64,000 nucleotides of DNA from Epiperipatus broadwayi (GCA_028023455.1 JAQFVV010000003.1:29450001-29514000), one strand, 5' to 3'. Positions 39,346 to 53,500 are shown, numbered from the stretch's first letter. The notes: generated from the letters alone by a model not told the origin. Translations and numbers: made by a program.

Positions 39346-39841
39346 TGTACCTAGATCTTAGGATCTAATGTAATCCTCCAGCAGCCATCTTTAATTATTT
39401 AGTTAACTATAAATCTTATGAGTCCAAAATCAAAACAATAATTTTTCAATCCAAGCTCATTCACTTGTATAGTTACGTAGATCTGATCCAGTTCAGCATC
39501 TATACATTTTGTACCATCATATCACTTGAAAGGATTGCTATTAAACCACTAAATGTCACATGATCATCATTTATTTTGCTAACACAAGCTGTTAAAACAG
39601 AGGCAAAGCTCTCCATATAGTAGTGCCACTTAGTGCAAGCCAGAGTAATCAATGAATGCAAAGAGGTTTGTGCATAAAATCCCTATCTAGTGCATACTCA
39701 TCCAACACCCCCAGACTATATGACTATACAAGTGAATGAGTTTGGACTGAAAGCTTTCATTTTGAACTCATAGCTTTGTATTTAACTAAACAGGTAAAAA
39801 GTGGCTGCTAGAAGGTTGCATTAAATCCTAAGAACAAAATG

Positions 39842-39895
39842 CAATGCTCCACACTGATGAAAGCCACAAAGCTAGAAACTAGTCTGGGGATATTG
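39842..39895 (+). ncRNA. Type I hammerhead ribozyme, best-preserved copy in the window
   Basis: CAATG-C-TCCACA pairs with TGGGGATATTG. CTGATGA at 39854, AGC/GCT stem II, GAAA at 39875, palindromic ACTAGT stem III, GUC triplet 39882-39884. Confidence 0.8.
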
Positions 39896-40844
39896 GATGA
39901 GTAGTTACTAGACAAGGATTTTATGCACAAACTTTCTTGTATTCATTATACTGAGTAGCACTACTATATAGAGAGTTTTGCCTGTTTTAACAGCTTGAGT
40001 AAGCATAGGAAATGATGATCATTTGATGTTTAGTAGTTCAATACTAATTGTCAACTTTTTAAAGCTTTATTTTTTATTAATTATTTTTATTTATGCCTTC
40101 AAATGGATATGCAATTTTTTAAATATTTGCTTTTAATAAATATATGCATGTGTTTATAAATCTATATAAATATATATAGGTAACATGTATCTAAATAGAA
40201 TAAACATAAAAACAAAGATACTAGTAAAATTTAAAAATTTCTACAAAATTTTCCTCATGACCATAGTTCTGCCTATTAAACAACAGACCTTCCCAAGTGA
40301 AATAACTATTAATAAATTTACAAGCAAATACATACAAAAAAACTATCCACAATTCTCTGATGCCAATCACTTTTAACATCAAAAGAAGTCCTCAAATGAT
40401 TGATACAAAGGTTTACATCAATATTTATATATATATATATACATATATGTTAAAACTATATAATATTGTATAGTATTCTATTTTTTATTAATTACTTTGT
40501 TTGTTAATGTATTATATATGTACATACTGTAAATATATATACCCATTAAAACAATTTTATTTATATGTGTTTAATATGCATATTAACCAGAACCATCCAC
40601 GAGTTTAAGTAATCCATATGAAAATCTTAAAACCAAATGTAGGAATAAGGCGATCCTATTTTATATATGAAAAAGGAAATGGTTCACTGCAATATTAAAA
40701 CTTAATTCCTATATTAGTAGTATTATTTAAATACAAGTATTAGTACATATACTTTAGGTTAGATGTAATTAAAGGAATTTGAACTCAGACTTTCATACTC
40801 CTTTTAATCATCCACACCATCCTCATCATCATATTGATGGCTAA

Positions 40845-41060
40845 AGAGTTGGAGAGTGGAGAAGATTGAAGCCTGTCCATTAAAGTTTGAAGATTTGCTA
40901 CCTTAATATAAAATGAGCATTGATTATATATGTGTGTAGGAGATGACAATCTGGACCAACTGATGAGTGCTGATTCAGCATGAAATATGTACATTAGAGA
41001 TCATTTATCTTTTTTGCACATATATGATCATGTGTATCGATTATATACGATGGAATGAGT
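40845..41060 (+). mobile_element. Third F1 copy with hammerhead fold at 40947-41004
   Basis: Aligns to the 24.4-25.2 kb copies. CTGATGA(40960)-GTGCTG-ATT-CAGCAT-GAAA(40982) has an intact stem II, but stems I and III are damaged. Confidence 0.75.
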
Positions 41061-41181
41061 GACTAAAGGGAGCTTAAAAGTCTGAATATCTTTATAAAAA
41101 AATTTGTCTACAACTAATACTTAGTGGAAAGATCTTAATAATAAATTTAATCTTAGCTAATAATGAAAAAACAATACTTAC

Positions 41182-41390
41182 CAATTCTATAACAACTCCA
41201 GTTTCTGTGTCAATATTTTCATAACGATTAGTAAGAAGAATGGATGGTCTCGGCTTCAATAATTCATAAAACTCTAAATCTTTGCAAGAAAGTATGCACT
41301 TCCATAAAAATGATTTGGATTTATTATCCAGAGTGATAAGAAATTCAGTTCGATTTTCAAGACGAAGCCATAATGAAGAAATAGTTATAC
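41182..41390 (-). CDS. GTF3C1: GTF3C1 coding exon 2, (G)ITISSLWLRLENRTEFLITLDNKSKSFLWKCILSCKDLEFYELLKPRPSILLTNRYENIDTETGVVIEL
   Basis: 209 nt, ttttag acceptor, GTAAGT donor, phase 1 to 0, no stops. Motifs LW.RL, FLW, FYE..RP, DRY..ID.ETG match GTF3C1. Confidence 0.93.
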
Positions 41391-41584
41391 CTAAAATATT
41401 ATCATAGTATTAATATTATCAGCATTAACATTATTATTATTATGAATAATTTTAATTCTCTCTGTATATCTGTTTGTCTTTCTAAGTATAGATACCAATT
41501 TTCTGATCAATGCTTTTGCTAGCTAGATTTGACTATGTGTCAACTATTTTAAATTCCATGAATTTTTTTTGAGAAATTCTCATC

Positions 41585-41680
41585 TGCCTAAAAAATTTTT
41601 GAAGCTCCACCTAGATATAAAACCCAGCTTATGGGCACAGCAGACTAACATACCAACTACTACACCAAAAGACTCTTTCT
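41585..41680 (-). mobile_element. Degenerate tRNA-derived SINE head
   Basis: Minus strand ggtgtagtagttggtatgttagtct...ctgggttttatatctagg resembles a tRNA A-box/B-box layout. Confidence 0.35.
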
Positions 41681-43719
41681 CATTCATATAATTTTGGTGA
41701 GTTAAATCTGATGCTAATTGTACTTTGAGAGAACCATGCTCAAATCACTGGATTCACATGTCTACTGTTTTGCAAGAACTGATTTCAAAGTTGTATAGCT
41801 AATCCAAAAATCTTCTCCTTTGCCAAGCTAGAATTTGATTTTATAAAGAAATATTTTTAAAACATTATTCTCCATTAATATTGTAATTAATAATCATAAT
41901 GATCAATTAGTTGTTTATACGTTCATATAAGATTCAAGCACCCAAGTGATAAGATGAAAACATCATTTCCAGTTGTTTAGTCAAACCGAGATTTTTTTTT
42001 TATTTATATATATACCTTAGATTTTGAAATCTCCATTGTATCATTACATTAAACTATACAATGCAATTACAATTATTATTTTCATTATCTACATACAAAG
42101 GTATATGTAAATTATATATGTGTGTGTGTCAAACATTTTGCACACATACTTCTATGTAAATTAAAAATAAATAAAAAAATGATTAAATTATCAATAACAT
42201 TTTTAAGTTTATTCAATAGCTTTCTATTGGCTTGATTTTAATTATTGAATGCAATAATTTTTTTTTAAAGATTCAGCTTGTATCCTATAGTTTAAACTAT
42301 TACTGGTGAAATTTCTATCTCTTTCTTTCAACTATAGAAGTGAAAATGAAAACATTGAGAATCATTGGTGGGAACTAGATAGCAATGCAAATCAGACTAT
42401 TAGTTTTTAAAAAGCTAGACTTTTCTAATAGAAATTACTGTTTGTAATTTTTAAATATATATATTGTAATAATGGCTATATGGCTCATTCATAACATTAT
42501 TAGGCAATTAAGTTAATAAAGCAAAAGACTGAGTATATGCCCCTGAGAAGAAAGACCATTATATTTCTTGATCTTAAAGTCAGAGGTAAAAAACTAAGAA
42601 AGTCCCATGCTAGCAATGTGTTGATGAGCTACTCATCTGTGTAATACATTATATGAATAATCATATAATAATAACAGAAGCAACAAGAAGAACATATGGA
42701 ATGGAGAAAAAGAAATTGCCTTACTCAGTTCTTTTAAGGCATAAAGGAAATATCAAAGAGTCTCCTTTCAGTTAAGAGCAAATTCTTTTTTGCAGCCAGT
42801 ATATATTAATACAGCATATATTATGAATTCACTGTACTTATTTTTAAATTTATATTCATCTTTCACTATAAACAAATATATATAGACTTTTTTAATAGAT
42901 TAGCAATATATATATTTTTTCCATCTTCTACCTATGCACATTTTATATATTATTGAAAAATAGAAAAAAATATAATCCATTGTGTTGTTTTTTGCAAATA
43001 TATAAATAAATAATATCGAAGATGATAAAATAACACATTGTATTAATTAACACATAAAATCTTCTTTAGACAAAGTTTCATTATTCTTCTCAGTGTAACA
43101 TATATATTAAAAATGTTAAGAGAGCATTATATATAACGACATCTAAATTTTGTTTCCTGAAAAACAATTCTTTTTTTTCCTCTCTTTTATACAACTATTA
43201 TACATAATATAATGAAAAAATATGACAATATGATTATGCATCTACCAACAATCTAAAAGTAATAATATTATTTCTTTATTCATAGTTTATATTATTATAT
43301 ATTTCATTTATATATGGATGTGAGTATTTATAATCATATATATATAAAGAAAATATACTTATTTAAATATGAATCTATATTAGTAATAAGTATGTAAACT
43401 ATAAAAAGATAATAAACATAATTACTTTTAGTTTCTGAATATGTTTATAGATACATAGTAACATTGTCATATTTTTTATTACTATTTAATATATATATAT
43501 ATAATGGTGATATAAACGAAAGGAAAAAAAGTTGTAAATCAAGAAACAGTATCAAGATGTCACTATATAAAATGCTGTTAATGTTCATAATATATATGTT
43601 ATAATGAAAAGAGCACAGAAATTTTTTCAAAAAGCTTTTATGTATTAAATAATATTGATAAATATATATGCTGTTATTTATTTATTTTGGTTGTGATCTG
43701 ATTCTTCATGTCAGCCGTG

Positions 43720-45992
43720 GGATAGTGCTAATTCTAACCAAAAACACATTAATATAACGTTCCTAGGCTAGCAATTCTCTATTAATATTGACTTTTTTTT
43801 TTTTTTGTTTACAAATTTTACTTTCTTTCATTTCTAAATTATTTTTTCCAAATAATATTTTTGACAATGGGATAATAAGTTGTTTTTTTAATTTTTATTG
43901 ATAAAAGGGTCTTTTTTGGTGTATGTTCAAATAGTAATTTGTGTTTTTTAAAATTTGATTGACAAAATTCAAAGAGAGAATGGGCTTTTTTTTTTGTTGT
44001 ATCTTTAAATAATAATTTACGTTACTTTTATTGGTTTACATTTGATTGCCGATATCAATTAGTGGGAGGGGTGTTTTTGTGTATGATTAAATAGTAATTT
44101 AACTTACTTTTATTTTTTACATTTGATTGCAGACAACAATTATTGGGAAAAGTGTTTTGTGTGCGTGTATGTTTAAATAAAAATTTAGTTACTTTATTGG
44201 TTACATTTGATTGACAACCAATTTTTGACTTTCTTTCGTTTATAAATTATGGTTTTGATTCCACAAATAATATTTTTGACAATGGGACAATAATAGTTGT
44301 TTCTTTAATTTTTATTGTCAAGAGGGTGTTTTTTGCTGTATGTTAAAATAGTAATTTGGGTTATGTTTCAATAATAATTTACCTTACTTTTATTGGTTTA
44401 CATTTGATTGACAATAATTATTGGGAGGGATGTTTTTTTTTTGTGTATGATTGTCGACAACAATTATTGGGAGAAGTGTTTGTGTGTGTGAGTTTAAATA
44501 AAAATTTAAGTTACTTTATTGGTTACATTTGATTGACAACCAATTTGACTTTCTTTCATTTATAAATTATTTTGGTTTCCCAAATATTTTTGACAATGGA
44601 CAATAATAGTTGTTTCTTTAATTTTTATTGATAAGAGGGTGTTTTTTGGTGTATGTTCAAATAGTAATTTGGGTTATGTTTAAAAAATAATTTACCTTAC
44701 TTTTATTGGTTTACATTTGATTGCCGATAATAATTAGTGGGAGGGGTGTTTTTGTGTATGATTAAATAATAATTTACGTTACTTTTATTTTATATTTAAT
44801 TGCCGACAATTATAGGAAGAACGGTTTTTTTTTTTTGTGTGTGTATGTTTAAATAAAAATTTAAGTTATTTTTATTGGTTACATTTGATTGACAACCAAT
44901 TTTACTTTCTTTTTTTTCGTTTATAAATTATTTTAAATTTCCCAAATAATATTTTTGACAATGGGACAATAATAGTTGTGTCTTTAATTTTTATTGACAA
45001 GAGCAGGTCTTTTTTGGTGTATGTTCAAATAGTAATTTGGGTTATGTTTAAATAATAATTTACGGTCTTACTTTTACTGGTTTACATTTGATTTCCAACA
45101 ACAATTAGTGGGAGGGGTTTTTTTTTTCTGTATGATTAAATAATAATTTACGTTACTTTTATTTTACATTTGATTGCCGACAACAATTATTGAGAGAAGG
45201 GATGTATGTTTAAATAAAAATTTAAGTTACTTTTATTTGACATTTGACGAAGGCCATTTGGAATCCCTCAAACAAGCTGCCCTTTACGAAGTGAACATTT
45301 CCGTCGGTAACAACGAGACTTACAAATGAAAGTCAAAAGATATTTATGGACCTCAAGTCTGCATATATTTGCTGCACAATCATATCTTTTCTTTCAGCAG
45401 GATGCCGGCTTCTGTGTCTGGCAATTCCCATCTTTTCAAGTTTTCTGTGTTCGAATTAGCCATATTCTTGGTCTGGGAAAAATTCTCGCTAAAACGTGAC
45501 TTAAAGCGTGATCGTCAAAAAAATTCAGCTACCCCACCCCAATTGAGAATTTAGGAGGCTTACAACTTTATGAGGAACAATCGCAACACTGTTAAAATTG
45601 TTAAAAGTTAACAGTACATCAATTCGTATTTAAAAAAAAAATGCCCCAATGAAAATTTAAATAATTTTGACCCAATGAATTTAACACACCCTCATATCAT
45701 ATTGTTACATAAAATACATACACAGCATTACGATGTAGTGCATGACACAAACAACTACGGTATTTTCCTCCGCTTTTAGCATAGGAAAAAGCCACACTGT
45801 TAGACACTTAAGCCGAGTTAACACTCTTTCTATGTTTTATCGTAGAAAGAAGGCTTAACTCCGAGTTAATACTCTTTCTCCATTTTAGCATAGAAAGAAG
45901 ACTTAACTCCACACTAACAATCTTTCTAGGATTTATTGTAGAAAGAATGCTTAAAGGCTTGGGTGCGGCCACGGAAACGGCATATTTCTAGA
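43720..45992 (+). mobile_element. Probable non-autonomous Helitron-like element; 5' end uncertain
   Basis: 3' end GGTGCGGCCACGGAAACGGGCATATTTCTAG (CTAG at 45989-45992), internal tandem arrays, and 48-bp subterminal repeats with TCTTTCT..AGAAAGA hairpins. Confidence 0.5.
43820..45245. repeat. Higher-order tandem array, about four copies of a ~320-400 bp unit built from ~90 bp subrepeats
   Basis: Unit starts near 43820, 44226, 44545 and 44900 (..AAATAATATTTTTGACAATGGG..). The subrepeat TTACTTTTATTGGTTACATTTGATTG recurs about three times per unit. Confidence 0.9.
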
Positions 45993-47399
45993 AATTTACC
46001 TAGAAATAGCGTCATCCCGCAGCTGACACGAAGGATAAGATCACAACCATTTAAATATATAATAGTAACAATATCTTTTTATTGCAATAAGCATTCATGA
46101 ACAGTAATTCATTTAATGGTAAAAATCCAAATCATAAACCACTATTATTGTGATGTAGTACTACAAGTAACAAAAATCTAATTTGATACTGAGTGAAAAA
46201 AAAAAAATATTTTCATATTATTTAATGTTATATTGACTGAATTAGATAAAAAAAAGATGGGAAGAATAAAAGTCTTTTTTCTTACTTAAATAATTGTCAA
46301 CAATTTTATAAAATTGATAACTTTAAAAAAATTTGGTATTCATAAAAGTATTATAATTTTAGTAAAATCTATGAATATAATACCATTTTTTCTTCTTTTG
46401 CTTTTTTTTTTTTTACATATTTTTATTTTCATCTATCTAAATTTATATGTTGCTAAAATGATTTTATTTAAATCTATTTTGTTTCGAGATAACTAGAATG
46501 TGATCTATAATTATGGGAAAGTAAGTTAGTATATATTTGTTTTGTGTCTGTTACCTTGAACTTGAGAAGCTGCCTTGGCAGAAAAATCATCGATAGTAAA
46601 ATGTTTAAATTTTGGCTAGTTATTATTATATTGATTAATTCAGGTTTTTGATATTATATATATTTAGATAGATATATAGTGTCAAAAATATTATCAAGTA
46701 CAAAAACAATTTAGGAATGAATACTACCCTCAATCATCAAAGCATCTCACAAAACAGTCACTTAAAAGGCAAGCTACTGAAGCAGAATTTTTAGCAATAT
46801 CAATAAAAATATTAGACGCTTGTTTTTTGATGATATCAAAAATGCCTATAAGTGAATAGAGATCAAATATAACACGTAATCTGTTTGTTTGTTTTTTCAT
46901 TATAAAACTAATGAAAATTAAAATAAATGTTATTAAAAATCCAAAATGATATACCTTTTTTTCAAACATCTTTGCATACACAAATTTTAAAAAATATTAG
47001 AATAAACTATATTAAAGTGATAACTGATATTTATCAAAAATAATGTCCAAGTATTTTCGTTTTGCTATAATAATTTATTGTTTCATTATCTAATTGATAA
47101 TCATATATCCAAAAATTATATGTAATCTTGGAATGAACCTTAGTGTACTCTTTCAAGAATGAATAAATATCAATAAATGATTTTCACTGTAAAAGTGAGA
47201 TAGAAGTCATCCCTATCTTTCATAGGACATGTTTAATGTTGTAAAGTCAGTTTGGATATATTTATACCACATAATAAAAAAATCACAGAATGTTTATTAA
47301 TATAAAAAGAGACATATTTTGTACCTAATACATCTAATGAAGATAGAAATTATCTGACAGATAATTATGTAGTAAGAAATTAAACTGTTTTTTTTAATT

Positions 47400-48100
47400 A
47401 TATTAAATAGTATTTACTGAGATTTAAGCCATACACTGAGATTTGCTCCAAGATTTTTGGGCAAGATTATTATTTCTAAAATAATAATCTTCATATATAT
47501 GTATTACAATAATCCATAACATGTCAGATTTTGTAGAAGTCATTTTAAAAAATTTGCAAGAAATGATCTCTTGTATAAATCTACAAATCAGAAAAAAATA
47601 AAGAACCTACTTTGTCTGGCCTTCATGATTTTGTATAGATAGCTAATTAATCATTGATATTTCAGAAAGGCAAATTGTTATATTAGCAGTAGTCTTAGCT
47701 AAGCTTTGATCTAATATTTCACAACTTCAGATCACAATAAGATATAAATTATATTAATTTTAGCAACCCAGTAAATAAGTGACAGCTATTAAATATATAG
47801 AGTTGAGAATATATATTTGATAGTCAGTATTTATTTACAAAGTTGTTACAGTTAATAGAATTTATATCTTCAGGGTAATATGAAATAATGAAATGTTAGA
47901 ATAAGGCTTTGCTAGCATTGCCATTAATGTAAGATTTTACCCACCCAAAATATCAATAATTAACTGGCTATTTCTATAAGATCTTGGAAAGCAGATGAAA
48001 GATATATTTTATCTGGTTAATAGATTAATACAGGAGGGCATTATTTATAAGTTTATTAAAATGATTTCTTAAGAATTAGTGGATGTATATGAAGATTATT
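47400..48100 (+). mobile_element. Very degraded LINE RT remnant
   Basis: ERQIVILAVVLAK../..FDLISH resembles the RT AVF.D.SKAFD.V.H motif. Weak. Confidence 0.3.
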
Positions 48101-50593
48101 ACTTAAGAAATATTTTTATATATTATGTCCAGAGCTTTATATGTTCAATAGCTAGTATTCATTTATAAAGTTAAATTTAACAGAATTTATATATATTGTA
48201 ACCCTTGGTTTATTTCATATATAAATCAAGATGAGAAAATGAACTATTTATAGGCAAAAAAAATTTTTATTTAAAAAAAAGTTGAAAAGTTTTATTTGAA
48301 AAATTCAATAACTGTATAGCTTAAATCTAACATATATAGAGAATCTGTTTGTATTTTTTTTTTTTGTAAAATATCGCTAGCATTATTTAATGAAAGGGGG
48401 AGTAGCTTTTGTACGCTGTAACATTTGAAAAATAAATATTTATATGTCTAAAATAAAGAGTCTTCATGAATCATAATGTTTATCAATAAAAAGTTAGTGA
48501 AAATTGAAATTGAACTCGTTATAAATAGGTTTGTGATTATAAGAAATTATAATGGATATTTTATGCTCATGTGATCTGAACAAGCAGTTTTCTATTTAAT
48601 GTTCTGCATACGTATGTATGTTGCCAATATATAGATTTTTTTTTTCCTTTATAGAAATTTATATATTGTGTTCTGTATTATTTAATATATAGGGTAAAAT
48701 GAATCTGTTTTGATTTGTTATTTGCAACTTCAAAATGTAAGTTTAAATAAAAAATTATTTAGGTAACATTTATTTTGCAAAAATTGTCAGCAATCTTAGT
48801 CTTTTAATTGGTTTTTCATAAATCATCCAGCAATGTGTTTGGGCCAGTGTTGAAATCAGAGCTGCAAATGAGAAGTTAAAGCTAATAGTTGACAACTGGT
48901 CTTTAAATGGTTAATTCCTGAGAGAAATCAAGATTAGAGAAGCCAGATTTTTTTTTCTCACTTTGCCTATAAAAGGCTGAAGAAAGTGAAAGGGGGGGGT
49001 GGACTTACTAATTCAAATTAACTTGGCAATTTTCTCTGAAGGTTTACTCTGATTTTTCTTGCTCTCAAAAAGATCAACCTAACTTGTTAAGAGGTGTATA
49101 TGAATTGTTTAAAAATGAAGTGCTAATCCAGTCATAATAGGTGTACAATGCTTTCTTTAAAGTCAATTATGAAAAAATCAACTCTTAATAAAAGACTGTG
49201 TGTCCGGTGCCTTAATATTTATATTTGGTTTATCAAAATTTGTTTAAAGAGAGAACGACCTGACTTTTATATAAAATTAAATAGCCAATTCATATTTAAT
49301 AATAAAATCTATTCGTTTTGAAAGAAAAAACATCTAAATTCAAACCCAGGAAAGAAAATCTTCAAAATGGAAGTCTTTTAAACCCCTTTTAATTATCAGT
49401 GTAGTCACATCTTGATTCAAGAACTGTCTGTGCATTTATATAGTGCCTATGGCTATCTCCAAAACAAAATGAACTAAATAGTAATTAACTAATGGACAAT
49501 AATATTAAGTCTTCAAACTTGGCCTCGAAGGAAAGAGACAATGGAAAGAGACAATCATAATGTTTAATATTTATTATTTATTTTGCTTTACTTATATAAT
49601 ATGTAGCATGTTTAATTGAAACTTGAATGATTATATTAATTTAAATTTAAAAAAAAAAAATGTTTAAAAGAAATGAAAAATGATTTTGATCCGTAAGATC
49701 CATTGAAGTAAAAAAAAAAGAAAGAATTAAAGTTTGTTAACATGTAATGATCATGCCTTCACTAATATAGGAATGTTATTTGTTTATTCATACTAATTCT
49801 GTTTATTATTTTATTTATTTTTTGGTATGAATGATTAAAAACTCTTAGTATAAATAAGTTTTATTATCATTACTGAAACAAATAATGGAAAGGAAAGGGG
49901 GGAGAGGAGGTGTCTTAAAATCATAATCTTCATAGGTCAAAATAGTTAATTAATGTACATATAGTTTTTTTTTGAAATAATAATTCAATGATTCTAAATT
50001 AGCAAGCAGGCAGTATATAAATAGTAATAAAATTTTAACCTTTTTTTTTTAAATCTAACTTTAACTGTACAATAGGATGTCAAATGGTTATCCTTTGAAA
50101 GGAAAAATGGAGTTTGTGATAATAAATATTGACATGATAAATCAAAGAATAAACATAGATATCCAAAATCAATAAACTTATTTTTTTTTTTTTTGTAATT
50201 AAAATTGTAAATAATTGATAGTCATAAGCGCTCGAGAAGTTTGCAGTCCCTCAGTTTGATTTCAATTAAAATTGTTAAATGTATTATTTTAAACTAAATT
50301 CAAATGTCAGCATCTTATTTGATTATCAACTCAACATACTTATCCTCATATAAAAATAATATTACCATACTCTGAAGTAGAATACCATACATATACTCCC
50401 TGAGCTCGAATCCTGGGACAAATTAAGAAGGGAAAGAATGGATGAAACTACAATATACATTTATCCCATTCTTTCATGTTTGAGATCGAAGTTGGCCATG
50501 AATTGAGGTTCTTAGGAATTTTAAATTTTCCCTTCTTCTCATCTACTTTGATAGCCTACTATGTTTTCCATCATGCAAGTTCAGATCTCATTC

Positions 50594-53500
50594 TGTTACA
50601 TTTGGCACAACCAAGCTGCGGGCCACAAATCTTATGATGATGATATAATCACAAGATCAAGATATGTCTCATTCTCCTACGATTCAACCAAATTGCAAGA
50701 TTATCGACCTTATAATCATATAGTCTGATCTTACCAACTTTAGAGGCTATAAAAATTTGTCCTCTTATACACAAATATTATTATCATGATATAATGAATT
50801 GATATTAAATAATCAAGGATTATCAACAAGTAAAAAATTAAACAAAATAAAACAGTATGTAAATTAAATTAAACAACACTTTAAAAAAAAAATTTTTTTT
50901 TTTTTGCACATAAAATGAAATATAGTGACAGAAAATCTCTCCACAATGTCTCTTAAAATAGGGTATATAGTATTTAAAATAAAAATTTAGTGAAATAGGT
51001 GAAGAAAACAAAGAATAATACAGACTTAAATATTAAGTAAATGATTACTAGAAGTAGGATAAGAATTATGGAGTCAAAAAATATTAGTGAAGTAAGATAT
51101 GAAATAAAAATACAACATGAAGTTCAGGAAGGTGAGGTAGAAACTTCTCTTCTAGAAGATCTAGAAGAACAAAATATTTGTGCATCTGGGGGGGGGCTAT
51201 ACTAAAAAATATTCAGTCCTCCAAAAAATTGCTGATCCCACAGACACAAAAAGAAGAAAAAACAAGCACAAATTATGTTTTGTTTAATCAATTGAGGGTA
51301 ATGATTCAACAAATGTCAGTAAATATAGCAACTAAACTATCAAAAGCGGAAAAAGAAAATACTGAATTATCTGCAAGAATGAAAGAACAATTGCTGAATT
51401 TATTGAACTCAAAACGGAATTGAAATCAAAGTTATCCAAATTAAAAACTGATATAGAAAAACAAAAAAACTATCATAAATCATTTGCAGTCAGATATTAA
51501 TATTAAATTGGTAGATATAAAAAAAGACTAGGAAAAGGTCTATAAATGTGAACAAAGGTTTAACGAATTAAAAAAAAAACTGAAAGTAAATGAGATAGTA
51601 AGTTCTTAGAAATAAAACAAAGCCATGATAAGTTCAAATCAGAAATGAAACAAGATCAAAGAAAATATCAAATAGAGACAGATAATAAACTAGGAAAGTT
51701 ACAATTAGAGATGACTCAATCTAAGAAAGATGTAGAAAATAAACTGGATATTCAGAAAAAGAAAATCAATGCAATAAAAAACAATTCTAAATGTATTGAA
51801 ATAAAACAAGGTTTAATTGAAACACAAGTGATACAAAACAAAAATAGCATTGAAAAATTAATTGAGAGTCATGATACTCTACAAAACGAAGTTCTCTCAA
51901 TCTTTCTGATAATCAAAGAATAGAAAATTTAGATCTTGAATATTCCAACAAATTGAATAAGATTAAAAAAAGTCAAATTCAGAATTTCCAAAATCCCAAA
52001 TCAGTAAATGAACATGAAACAATCAAGGGAAAACTAAATTTAATATTAGAAAAAAATAATAGAATTGATATCAAAATAAATCAAGTAATCTATTAGAGAT
52101 GTATAGAGAATTTGAAAAGATAACCCAATTGTCTATTAGTGATGAAATTAGCCTTAATAAAAATAGGGAAGGTATGATGATCCAATGATACACACATCTA
52201 AGAACACTTTGAACAAAACTATCCTTAATAATAATAACCCTGACACAACAAATACCATCAACCAATTTGTGAAATTAAAGGTTCATAAAGGCTTTACAAA
52301 TGAATCACCAATTGAACATCTAAAAGGGCTTGATTTTATACTTCTCGCTAAATATCAATTTAACAGAGGGTGAAAAATTAATAGTAGCTTACAGTCACTT
52401 ACAAAAACAAGATTACACATTATCATGGTGGGAATCCTTATTCCAAATGCCAGCTACCTTTAATGATTACCAAGCAATATTGATTACGAATTTCTGAAAC
52501 AAAAACTGTCAGGAGGCTCTATTATATCAGATATTATAAGAAAAATATAAAAATACTCCCAAAGAAATTTTGACCAAATTTTTGAGAAGAAAAGTTGCTC
52601 AACTCAAAACATTAGATACTTATCAACTAAGTCAAAGTCAAATAATGAGAATAGTTAAGCATAATCTACCCTTGAAAGTAGAACAGTCTTTAATATCATT
52701 AATAATCAAAGTATTGAACAAATAATAAACTTATTAAATACTATAGATACCAACACATATCATATGATAAACAAAATTCCTGAGAGAGAAGAATGGAATT
52801 GCCAGTTAACACAATAACCATAAAAAGCAAAAATAATAAAAATAAACTACAAATGGAAAAAAACCATGAACTAAGGAATAAATACAGTTACGATATGAAA
52901 CCCAAAAAATATACCATGTAATAGCCAACAAGAATAGTTCGAACATAGATGTAATAAAATTATATCTAAAACCACACCTAAACCAAACTAGAAATGGACT
53001 TGAGAAGCAGTTCCTCACTTCAAAAACCCTTATACAGTAAGAGAAACAGAAATACAATTATGAATAAGAAAATCACCAATCTCCTTGTTAATGGGAAAAT
53101 AAAACCCCTAATTACACTTTACAAAGCTGCCCATGATAGAAATTACACTTGAGAATGTACTAGTTAATACTTTGTTAGATACTAGTATTCACATATCAGT
53201 AATTTCCAATTTATTTTATCGAAGGGCTTTAGTAAAAATCCAAACATTAAAACTCTACCACTAAAATCAATACAGGTTACCAATAGAAAGACAAAGCTAG
53301 TACAAAAACAGATCTTGGTCAAATTACAGATCAACTAAACATTCATCTATCATGTCTTTATTTTAAAAGACCTCATCCATGAATTCATTTTGGGGGGATA
53401 CTTTCATATATAAACAAGTGTATACTTAATTCCCAAAATAAATTAGTCAGTATAAGTGATGAGGTTATAGAGATGACATTACTGCCGAATCATGATCTAC

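Larger units (their letters stand above)
39199..40045. mobile_element. Hammerhead-bearing non-coding repeat F2: tandem minus-strand units (39199-39718) joined head-to-head to a plus-strand unit (39720-40045)
   Basis: 39199-39480 is the reverse complement of ~39720-39985, and 39545-39718 is the reverse complement of ~39880-40040. No ORF. Confidence 0.85.

Noticed and set aside
46540-46985. Possible exons (donor-like site at 46555; ORF 46730-46981)
   Set aside because: No similarity to GTF3C1, and exons 1 and 2 already join in frame with the expected sequence.
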